DNA of 45,850 nucleotides. Source: Candidatus Levybacteria bacterium RIFCSPHIGHO2_02_FULL_40_18 (GTDB lineage: Bacteria; Patescibacteriota; Microgenomatia; Levybacterales; GWA1-39-11). The stretch covers positions 1 through 45,850 of the forward strand of contig MFOC01000003.1 of the NCBI GenBank assembly GCA_001782235.1. Direction: 5' to 3'. This document shows positions 1-6,933 of the stretch, one piece after another. How positions within the stretch are numbered: the first letter of the stretch is position 1; every line of letters begins with the position of its first letter. The position numbers and the translations under genes were made by a program. The notes below the pieces were generated by a model. That model made no database searches, had not been told where the DNA came from, and saw only the letters and a list, made by a program, of their open reading frames with translations.

Positions 1-2641
1 CGCCTGATAGAGAAAGTGTTGTGATGCCTGAAAGAGCGCCTGCGGTTGAGACATCAAATGCTGTAGAATCAAGTGAGAAACTGTCTCCATTATCACCTAG
101 GTCTATCTGTCCATTGGCATCAAGAGCGCCATTGGCTGTCAAAGTTCCTGAAACAGTAAGGGAGCTTGAAGCTGTTGTTGCATCGGAAAGTGTAATTGAG
201 GAAGAACCCGAATCTATGACTATGTTTCCTGTGTCTGAGGTACCAAGAGTTAGGGTCTGCATTGCAGTTGTAGATAATGTTCCTGTTGCATTAAGATATG
301 ATCCTCCTGCCGCTCCTGCAGATAGTGTTGCCGTGGGGGTACCCGAGTTTACATTTAGAATTGCAAATTTGGCAGAAGATGAGGCTTGTCCTCCTATTGC
401 AAAGTCCACAGTCGAATTATTCGCAAATAATACGCCTGAGCCTTGATTCCAGAAGGCATCGATACTTCCGCTATCACAGGAGCCCCATGAGGGCGCAGAT
501 GCTCCTGAAACAAGACATAAGTTCTGGGTGTCAGTTGATGCTCCTGCAAGCTGTCCTGTTGATACAGTTGCATATATAACGTTATTGTTTGCATTAAATG
601 TTGAGAAGGTAATAATACCATCTGCTGTAATATTTCCTAATCCTGTTGCATTTCCTGTAGTTCCTATATCCCAGTCTGAGGAATCAATTGCAACAGTGTC
701 CCCATTGTCCCCCAGCGTTACTACTCCATTGGCGTCAAGGATTTCGTTTGCGGTAAATGTACCTGCTACTGTTAGAGTTGATGAGGCGGTTGTTGCATCG
801 GATAGAGTAATCGAAGAACTTCCCGAGTCTATCACTATATTTCCCGTAGCTGAGCCTCCCAGAGTTAAGGTTTGCTGGGCAGTTGTTGAGAGAGTACCTG
901 TTGCCGAAAGGTAAGCCCCTCCTGCCGCTCCTGCAGATAGCGTTGCTGTTGGAGTACCGGAATTTACATTAAGAACGGCAAACTTGGCTGAGGTTGTGGC
1001 TGTTCCGCCTATTCCAAAATCAACTGTTAGGTTGTTTGGAAATAGTAAGCCTGCAGAGCTTTGCTGCCAGAATGCGTCTGTTCCCGTTCCTTCACAAGAA
1101 CCAAAGAAAGGTATTGCACCTCCCAATAAACATTGCGTGGAGCTTCCGGCAGTGACTTGTTGAAGCACTCCTGAGCCATTTGTATATAGAACGCCACCGT
1201 TTGATGTAAAAGTGGACATGACTATAGATGTTGCACCAAGAGTGATTTGATCTGAGGCAAAGGCAAGTGTTGGATCGGTTGCGCCTGCATTAAATGTCCA
1301 AGTGAAGCCCGAGCCTGATCCAAAAGTCGCGTCCGAGATTTCCGTTGTGTCAAGGTTGACAGTAACTGTGTCTGTTGAGCCTGCAACCGTATCTATACCG
1401 TTTGTTCCGCCAGCTATGGTAATAGTGTCTGAATCGGTTATTGTTTGAGTGGTACCTGAGTCTCCGGCAAGCGAAAAGGTCGTGATTCCTCCGCTCCCCC
1501 CACTGTCAAGCTGCTCCCAAGTGTTGGCGCTCGTACAAGCTTTGACCGTATTGTCAGTGTCATTGAAGTAGATGTCGCCTGCTGTACAGGTCGAAGGATC
1601 TCCTGTTGACCCTTTGTCTGATAATCTAACAGTCCCATAGGATCCCGAATCAACAATCGTAAATAGCGTATTTGTTCCGTCTTTAAAGGCCAAAGTTCCG
1701 CCGCCTGCAAGATTAAGCACGCCTGACGTATCTGAAAGCGTTAAGTTCCCTCCAACGGTTAGTCCGCCGGAAAATGTGGTGGCTGTTGAAGTGGTTGCTC
1801 CCCGGCCGGTAACTGTTGCCAAAGTGTCTGCTTCTGAAGTCAAAGCACTTGATGAGATTGTAACTGTTTTGTCGGATTCGGATGTTGAAACGGATACGCT
1901 ACCGTTTCCCTTCAAACTTATGTCTCCGATTGTATTATTTAGAGTTAGTACGCCGTTGTTTGATATAGTTGGCGTCTGTCCAGTACTAATCAGGACGCCA
2001 CTACCAGAAGCCACTCCATAAAGCAAATTTGATGCAAAAACCGAACCATCTCCTGCATCTATATCGGCTCCACCCGTAACTATTCCCCCAACAGCCTGAA
2101 TTTGTCCTAAAAATGCGGCATCTTCCTCAAACTCGCTTGGTATATTGACCAAAAATGTAGGATTGAGTCCCTCTGTTGCGGCCGCTAAAATCTCTCTCCC
2201 CTGCGATAAAGTTTCTTCTTGACCCTTGGGGGCAAGATTTTTAATGCCTCCAAAATAATCTCCCGCACGGCCTAAAACCAGAAGGCCTCCGAGAGAGCTC
2301 AGGGTAACAAATGAAGCGATAGTGAGAACTAACCCTGCTTTGCGGGCCAAATTCTTAGCGTCTTTTGATCTTTTCTCCCAGTCAATTATTGATGGACTTG
2401 ATTGTTGCGCTGGGGACTCGGGGAAGATAAGTTCTTGAGAGGACCTTGGGTTAAACTCAACTTCTACTCCAAGTTCCCGGTTCGTTTTAAAATTTTCAAT
2501 TTGGGATTTAAGATAGCGCCTTTGGTTTCCAGCGGTTCTTTGGGGAACAAAAATCCCTCGAGCCTCCCAACGTCTCAAAGTTTTGGGCGAGACTCCTAAA
2601 AGTTTTCCTGCCTCCTGAATTGACAGGAGTTTATCTTGCAT
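1..2641 (-). CDS. Giant surface repeat protein (C-terminus beyond the window edge): N-terminal MerR/excisionase-type HTH, one TM helix, then Gly/Ser/Thr-rich extracellular repeats
   Basis: My translation of the minus strand from the ATG (complement of 2639-2641) stays open to base 1. It is missing from the ORF track only because no stop lies in the window. The N-terminus MQDKLLSIQEAGKLLGVSPKTLRRWEARGIFVPQRTAGNQRRY is HTH_17/MerR-like. AGLVLTIASFVTLSSLGGLLVL is a TM helix. There are two ~207-aa tandem units (FWQQSSAGLLFPNN...NSGTPTATLSAGAAGG and FWNQGSGVLFANN...NSGTPTATLSAGAAGG). Plus-strand ORFs 21-446, 528-914 and 1776-2021 are its antisense shadows. Confidence 0.85.
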   Translation of the reverse strand, partial: MQDKLLSIQEAGKLLGVSPKTLRRWEARGIFVPQRTAGNQRRYLKSQIENFKTNRELGVEVEFNPRSSQELIFPESPAQQSSPSIIDWEKRSKDAKNLARKAGLVLTIASFVTLSSLGGLLVLGRAGDYFGGIKNLAPKGQEETLSQGREILAAATEGLNPTFLVNIPSEFEEDAAFLGQIQAVGGIVTGGADIDAGDGSVFASNLLYGVASGSGVLISTGQTPTISNNGVLTLNNTIGDISLKGNGSVSVSTSESDKTVTISSSALTSEADTLATVTGRGATTSTATTFSGGLTVGGNLTLSDTSGVLNLAGGGTLAFKDGTNTLFTIVDSGSYGTVRLSDKGSTGDPSTCTAGDIYFNDTDNTVKACTSANTWEQLDSGGSGGITTFSLAGDSGTTQTITDSDTITIAGGTNGIDTVAGSTDTVTVNLDTTEISDATFGSGSGFTWTFNAGATDPTLAFASDQITLGATSIVMSTFTSNGGVLYTNGSGVLQQVTAGSSTQCLLGGAIPFFGSCEGTGTDAFWQQSSAGLLFPNNLTVDFGIGGTATTSAKFAVLNVNSGTPTATLSAGAAGGAYLSATGTLSTTAQQTLTLGGSATGNIVIDSGSSSITLSDATTASSTLTVAGTFTANEILDANGVVTLGDNGDTVAIDSSDWDIGTTGNATGLGNITADGIITFSTFNANNNVIYATVSTGQLAGASTDTQNLCLVSGASAPSWGSCDSGSIDAFWNQGSGVLFANNSTVDFAIGGQASSSAKFAILNVNSGTPTATLSAGAAGGSYLNATGTLSTTAMQTLTLGTSDTGNIVIDSGSSSITLSDATTASSSLTVSGTLTANGALDANGQIDLGDNGDSFSLDSTAFDVSTAGALSGITTLSLSG

Positions 2642-2716
2642 CGGGCAGTTTTTGTACTCGGTCTATATATAGTAATACACGTTCCGTGAAAAATGTCAAG
2701 ACCCAAATGTCCAATA

Positions 2717-2756
2717 TTGGGTAAGTTTATCCATCATTTTGGGTAAGTTTGTCCAT
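2717..2756. promoter_or_regulatory. Two 18-bp direct repeats TTGGGTAAGTTT(A/G)TCCAT with 22-bp phasing (operator-like) in a divergent promoter region
   Basis: Copies at 2717-2734 and 2739-2756 differ at one base. A related copy, TGGTAAGTTTGGACAT, lies at 2824-2839. Confidence 0.4.
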
Positions 2757-2767
2757 ATTTTGGCCTC

Positions 2768-2797
2768 TTGACATGTCCAAGCCTGCCCAAGTATGAT
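2768..2797 (+). promoter_or_regulatory. Sigma70-like promoter for the atp operon
   Basis: TTGACA at 2768-2773, an 18-bp spacer, then TATGAT at 2792-2797. Confidence 0.4.
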
Positions 2798-2822
2798 TTT
2801 ATGTAGGCAGGAAAAATCGCCT

Positions 2823-3626
2823 ATGGTAAGTTTGGACATGAGATTTTTTTCTGCGATTTCTTTCGCCCTAATACTTCTTTTGGCTTTTTACAGCCCGGCT
2901 CTGGCTCAAGAAACAGAAGTCTTGACTGGTACGGGTGTTGCAATTTCGCTTCCGATTGTTGATGAGAATATAAAAGATGGAAGTATAATTGCCTCAACTG
3001 ACTCAGGCTATAAAAAATCATCTTACGCTTATCAACCTTCGCTTTATGGAGTAATGACAAACACTCCCGCGCTGTTTCTTGAGAATGGAGATCCTCCCCC
3101 CAAAGACACATATCATCCGGTTATAACAACAGGCAAGGCGTACGTTTTAGTCTCGACAATAAATGGGTCGATTAAAAAAAATGATTTCATAACCTCATCG
3201 GAAACTCCGGGAGTCGGCCAAAAATCAAGCGCAAGCGGTTATGTTTTGGGGACTGCTCTTGAAGACTACACATCCTCCGATACTCGATCTGAGGGAAGGA
3301 TCTTGGCTTACATAAATCCCCATTTCAACGCTACGTTTATTGCCACGAGAGCCAATCTTCTTGAAAGCTTAAGAAATATTGCGGCCTCCCCCACCCTTGC
3401 GCCACTGACTACCTTTCGCTATATCATTGCGGCACTCATTGCGACAGCCTCATTCATACTTGGTTTTATACATTTTGGAAGAATAATAAGAACAGGCATT
3501 GAAGCATTGGGAAGAAACCCCCTTGCCTCGGTCTTTATTCAGGCCAGCATGCTTTTAAATGTTGCTTTAACTATTGGGGTAGTACTTGGAGGTATTGCCA
3601 TATCGTACTTGGTACTAGTCCTATGA
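2823..3626 (+). CDS. Secreted-domain protein with a C-terminal ATP synthase c-subunit-like TM hairpin that lacks the conserved carboxylate
   Basis: ORF track gives 2793-3626, but the 2793 ATG sits in the predicted -10 box, so ATG 2823 (or 2838) is preferred. Signal/TM segment FFSAISFALILLLAFYSPALA-QE is followed by a ~170-aa soluble domain. Then RTGIEALGRNPLASVFIQASMLLNVALTIGVVLGGIAISYLVL aligns by eye with F-type c subunits (Bacillus PS3 [36 protein letters not shown]). The R-N/Q-P loop, Q, M and VAL are all in register, but Thr-Ile replaces Val-Glu. Confidence 0.75.
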   Translation: MVSLDMRFFSAISFALILLLAFYSPALAQETEVLTGTGVAISLPIVDENIKDGSIIASTDSGYKKSSYAYQPSLYGVMTNTPALFLENGDPPPKDTYHPVITTGKAYVLVSTINGSIKKNDFITSSETPGVGQKSSASGYVLGTALEDYTSSDTRSEGRILAYINPHFNATFIATRANLLESLRNIAASPTLAPLTTFRYIIAALIATASFILGFIHFGRIIRTGIEALGRNPLASVFIQASMLLNVALTIGVVLGGIAISYLVLVL

Positions 3627-4060
3627 GAACTCAAAGCTCAAATCGCAAAACTCAAAATGAATCAAGAAGCATGAATCAAGAAGCAAGGAAAATAAGAAAT
3701 TTTACAGATTTGAACGCATGGAAAGAGGCTCATAGGCTGGTTTTATTTATCTATCGAATAACAAAGGACTTCCCTCGTGAAGAACTATTCGGACTAGTAA
3801 ATCAATTAAGACGTGCGGTTATTTCGATAACATCTAATATCGCTGAAGGATTTAGTAGGAGTTCTTATAAGGAGAAGTCTCAATTTTATTCGATGGCATT
3901 AGGCTCGCTAACTGAAGTTCAGAATCAGCTTATTGTATCAAGAGACTTAGGATACATAACAAAAAAGGATTTTGAAGAATTGGAAGATATAACTATTACA
4001 GTAAGCAAATTGCTTAATGGTCTTATTAAAAAATCTAAAACCATGATTCATAATTCATGA
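3623..4060 (+). CDS. Four-helix-bundle protein (23S rRNA intervening-sequence protein family)
   Basis: NFTDLNAWKEAHRLVL...ITSNIAEGFSRSSYKEKSQFYSMALGSLTEVQNQL is the family signature (PF05635/TIGR02436 type). In-frame ATG 3671 is an equally plausible start. Start and stop both lie inside the flanking inverted-repeat arms. Confidence 0.85.
   Translation: MRTQSSNRKTQNESRSMNQEARKIRNFTDLNAWKEAHRLVLFIYRITKDFPREELFGLVNQLRRAVISITSNIAEGFSRSSYKEKSQFYSMALGSLTEVQNQLIVSRDLGYITKKDFEELEDITITVSKLLNGLIKKSKTMIHNS
3637..3688. repeat. Left composite arm of the inverted repeat enclosing the four-helix-bundle gene
   Basis: CTCAAATCGCAAAACTC (3637-3653) is the reverse complement of 4075-4091 with 1 mismatch in 17. 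GAATCAAGAAGCATGAATCAAGAAGCAAGG (3659-3688) pairs with 4041-4070 at 24 of 30 positions (hand alignment). Confidence 0.7.
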
Positions 4061-4091
4061 TTCATGATTCTAACGAGTTTTGAGATTTGAG
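4041..4091. repeat. Right composite arm of the inverted repeat enclosing the four-helix-bundle gene
   Basis: CCATGATTCATAATTCATGATTCATGATTC (4041-4070), then TAAC, then GAGTTTTGAGATTTGAG (4075-4091). These are complementary to 3659-3688 and 3637-3653. Confidence 0.7.
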
Positions 4092-4131
4092 ATGTAGATT
4101 TGACATTTGATTTTTGACATTTGAGATAAAT

Positions 4132-4797
4132 ATGTCCGAAATATTTTTATATTATGCTCTTCTAACATCTGTTTTCCTCCTGTCAGGAGTTTTAATAGTT
4201 GTGATTCAATATCTTTTTAATGTTTTAAAAAAGAATAAGCTGTATCAAAAAGATGCGGTTCGTCACAGTCAAGAAATCATTTCACACGCAAATGAAAAAG
4301 CTAAACAGATAATATCTGAGGCGCAAGTTTTTTCAGACGAGGTCCGGCAAGGGAGTGATAAACTCATAGCAAGCCTTAAAGAATCTCAAAGAGAGGAACT
4401 TAAGAAGGCCGCAGACAGGCTTTTTGAAGAATATAAAGCTGCGCTGGAAGAAGTTTATAAAGAGAATATCAATATATTTAGAAATATATCAAAAGATATC
4501 GAAGAAAAGGCAGGTTTTGAAATTCGTGACTTTAAAGAGATTTTGGAAAAAGAAACAATCGAGTCCCAAAAGATTGTTGGTGAAAAAATAGAAACTGAAT
4601 ATCATGATGTACAAAAGGAGATTCAGGAGTACAAAAACCGCGAGCTTTTGAAGGTTCAGGAAAGCATTTATGGGATTGTACATAATGCCATTGAACTTGC
4701 AATCGGTAAATCGCTGGATCGACAAACCCAGGAGGAACTGGTAATGGAAGCTTTGAAAGAAGCCATCGAAAAACAAGAAACGTCAGAATCTAAATGA
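4132..4797 (+). CDS. atpF: F0F1 ATP synthase subunit b
   Basis: One N-terminal TM helix (IFLYYALLTSVFLLSGVLIVVI) followed by a long charged coiled coil. It sits immediately upstream of atpH-atpA. The ORF-track start at 4114 is a TTG inside the repeat arm, so ATG 4132 is preferred. Confidence 0.75.
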   Translation: MSEIFLYYALLTSVFLLSGVLIVVIQYLFNVLKKNKLYQKDAVRHSQEIISHANEKAKQIISEAQVFSDEVRQGSDKLIASLKESQREELKKAADRLFEEYKAALEEVYKENINIFRNISKDIEEKAGFEIRDFKEILEKETIESQKIVGEKIETEYHDVQKEIQEYKNRELLKVQESIYGIVHNAIELAIGKSLDRQTQEELVMEALKEAIEKQETSESK

Positions 4798-4926
4798 GAA
4801 TGGTTATTTGAAAATGGAAATTAGTAATGGAAGGAAGGAAATAGAAAATAGCTAAATAACACGAATTTCCAATATCTAATTTCTATTACCATTTTCTAAT
4901 TTCTTATAACCAATTTCTAAATATTA
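4798..4926. repeat. Low-complexity hairpin element (GGAAATT/AAAATGG word family) filling the atpF-atpH spacer
   Basis: Left half TTATTTGAAAATGGAAATTAGTAATGGAAGGAAGGAAATAGAAAATAG closely matches the reverse complement of 33745-33797. Right half CTAATTTCTATTACCATTTTCTAATTTCTTATAACCAATTTC is an imperfect complement. Related copies lie at 24056-24135, 32570-32697 and 33657-33800. Confidence 0.65.
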
Positions 4927-5382
4927 ATGGACATTCCTAAATTTTTATCAAAAGTGTATACAACTGAAGACAGAGTTAGATTATATTCTGAAATCGAGTT
5001 GGTTTCGGAGGCCATATATAAAGAGGGTGAGCTTAACAAGGTACTTGCATCCCGCGTTTCTAAGGCACTAGTGGAATATATTGGCAGCGAGAGTTCTTAC
5101 GAAATACTTTCAGAAAAACTTTCGGAGCTTAAGAAGGCTCTAGACCAATTAGTAATTATGAAGCTGACGCTTGCTTTTGAGCCTTCGGAACAAACAATTA
5201 AGAAAATAGTGACTTTCATTCGTGAAAACTTGGATGAAAAGACGATATTTGAGATTTGCCAACAACCAAATATCCTAGGTGGCGCAATCCTTGAGTTCAA
5301 AGGATTGTACAGAGATTACAGTCTCAAAACCAGGCTCGAAGAGATTTTTAAGAGTAAGCGAGATGAGCTATATAAAATATGA
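4927..5382 (+). CDS. atpH: F0F1 ATP synthase subunit delta (OSCP)
   Basis: C-terminal ...QQPNILGGAILEFKGLYRDYSLKTRLEEI resembles the delta/OSCP signature. Operon position fits, and the stop overlaps the atpA start (ATGA). Confidence 0.75.
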   Translation: MDIPKFLSKVYTTEDRVRLYSEIELVSEAIYKEGELNKVLASRVSKALVEYIGSESSYEILSEKLSELKKALDQLVIMKLTLAFEPSEQTIKKIVTFIRENLDEKTIFEICQQPNILGGAILEFKGLYRDYSLKTRLEEIFKSKRDELYKI

Positions 5383-6863
5383 ATAATTTTGAAGACTATT
5401 TAAAAGAAATAGGAGAAATAGGATATGTTGAAGAGGTGGTTGGACCGATTGCTCAAGTGAGCGGTTTGCCGGGCGCAAAATGTGAAGAACTCGTGATGTT
5501 TGAAAGCGGGGAAATAGGTCAGGTCCTTTCTTTGTCCGAAGACTTTGTCGAAGTTCTAATATTTTCAAGAAACCCTATAAAGGTAGGCGTTAGGGCCGTC
5601 CGACTCAACAAGCCTTTTGAGATGCCGGTAGGACATGAATTGCTTGGGCAGATTATAGATCCTTTTGCACGGCCCTTTGACGAGACAAGGCCGGTAAAAA
5701 CCCCAAAAGACAGAAGAAATATTCTCGTTAAGGCCGCAGGAATCGACAAGCGAAGAACAATTAAAAGGCATTTAGTGACAGGTGTGACACTCGTTGACTT
5801 ATTAATACCAATCGGCTTTGGACAAAGAGAGCTTTTGATTGGAGACAGAAAAACCGGTAAGACAAATTTCCTCTTGGCCACAATTTTATCGCAGGCAAAA
5901 AGAGGAACTATCTGTATTTATGCTGTTATTGGCAAAAGAAAGATTGATATTAAAAAAATTGAAGACCTTTTTGTAAAGAATAAGGTCATGGATAACATTA
6001 TTATGATTGCAACAACATCTTTTGATCCGCAAGGATTAATCTATTTAACACCCTACTCCGCTATAACAATTGCGGAATATTTTCGAGACGCGGGAATAGA
6101 TACAATTTTAGTCATTGATGATCTATCAAATCATGCGAGGTTTTACAGAGAAATTTCACTTCTCGGCCGCCGTTTTCCGGGAAGAAATTCTTACCCTGCA
6201 GATATCTTTCACACACACGCACGGTTTATGGAAAGAGCCGGAAATTTTATAGTCGGCGACAAGGAGGTATCAATTACTGTGCTCCCGATAGTTGAAACAA
6301 ACCAGGGAGATCTCTCAGGCTACATTCAAACCAATCTCATGTCAATGACCGACGGCCACCTTTATTTTGATCAAGGCCTCTTTTCCCAAGGGATTCGCCC
6401 CGCGATTAATCCCTTCATATCGGTGACTCGTGTTGGTCAGCAAACCCAATCGTCTCTCCAGCGAAGCATTGCACGAGAGCTAAGATCTTTCCTTGTCTTG
6501 TATCAAAAAACAAAGCGATTTGTCCACTTTGGTGAAGAGATTAGCCAATCAATAAAGACAATTCTCGCAACGGGGGATAATCTTACCCGCTTCTTTCACC
6601 AACCTCCTTCAAGCATTACCTCAGAAAACATACAGATTTTTCTCTTTGCTTTGCTTTGGTCAAATTTCTTTGGAGATGAACCGTTTGAAAAAATAAAGCA
6701 GGATATGGATAAATGGAGAGTAATGTATGAGGAAAATAAAGCTTTTCACGATAACATAGATAATATGATTGCAACATCATCCCATTTAAATGAGCTGCTC
6801 TTGAAAATCAAGGGAATCCAAACCAAAAACAATCCAGACCAGAAGATCGTCTTAACAAGCTGA
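5379..6863 (+). CDS. atpA: F0F1 ATP synthase subunit alpha
   Basis: Walker A GDRKTGKT, then ICIYAVIGKR, LPIVETNQGDLSGYIQTNLMSMTDGHLYF and RPAINPFISVTRVG. Confidence 0.95.
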   Translation: MNNFEDYLKEIGEIGYVEEVVGPIAQVSGLPGAKCEELVMFESGEIGQVLSLSEDFVEVLIFSRNPIKVGVRAVRLNKPFEMPVGHELLGQIIDPFARPFDETRPVKTPKDRRNILVKAAGIDKRRTIKRHLVTGVTLVDLLIPIGFGQRELLIGDRKTGKTNFLLATILSQAKRGTICIYAVIGKRKIDIKKIEDLFVKNKVMDNIIMIATTSFDPQGLIYLTPYSAITIAEYFRDAGIDTILVIDDLSNHARFYREISLLGRRFPGRNSYPADIFHTHARFMERAGNFIVGDKEVSITVLPIVETNQGDLSGYIQTNLMSMTDGHLYFDQGLFSQGIRPAINPFISVTRVGQQTQSSLQRSIARELRSFLVLYQKTKRFVHFGEEISQSIKTILATGDNLTRFFHQPPSSITSENIQIFLFALLWSNFFGDEPFEKIKQDMDKWRVMYEENKAFHDNIDNMIATSSHLNELLLKIKGIQTKNNPDQKIVLTS

Positions 6864-6926
6864 ATCAAGAAGCAAGAATCAAGAAGCAGGGGGGAACCAT
6901 GATTCATGATTCAAGATTCATGATTC
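6862..6926. repeat. Cargo-less hairpin with the same arms as the four-helix-bundle cassette
   Basis: GAATCAAGAAGCAAGAATCAAGAAGCAGG (6862-6890), loop GGGGAA, then CCATGATTCATGATTCAAGATTCATGATTC (6897-6926). About 23 of 30 positions are complementary. The left arm is almost identical to 3659-3688 and to the reverse complement of 36639-36668. Confidence 0.75.
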
Positions 6927-6933
6927 AAAACAT

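Noticed and set aside
21-2021. Plus-strand ORFs 21-446, 298-579, 528-914 and 1776-2021, and minus-strand ORFs 394-621 and 1438-1710
   Set aside because: They lie entirely inside the long open minus-strand frame (1-2641), which has clear HTH, TM and repeat features. Their Pro/Val/Ala-rich translations mirror the repeat periodicity, as expected for antisense or off-frame shadows.
2793-2822. Upstream ATG start of the c-like gene as given by the ORF track
   Set aside because: The ATG overlaps the predicted -10 hexamer (TATGAT, 2792-2797), so it would not be in the transcript. ATG 2823 or 2838 is preferred.
4798-4926. Possible CRISPR array, here and at 24056-24135, 32570-32697 and 33657-33800
   Set aside because: The repeated words are short, degenerate and arranged as inverted arms. 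There is no regular repeat-spacer periodicity, no unique spacers and no cas genes.
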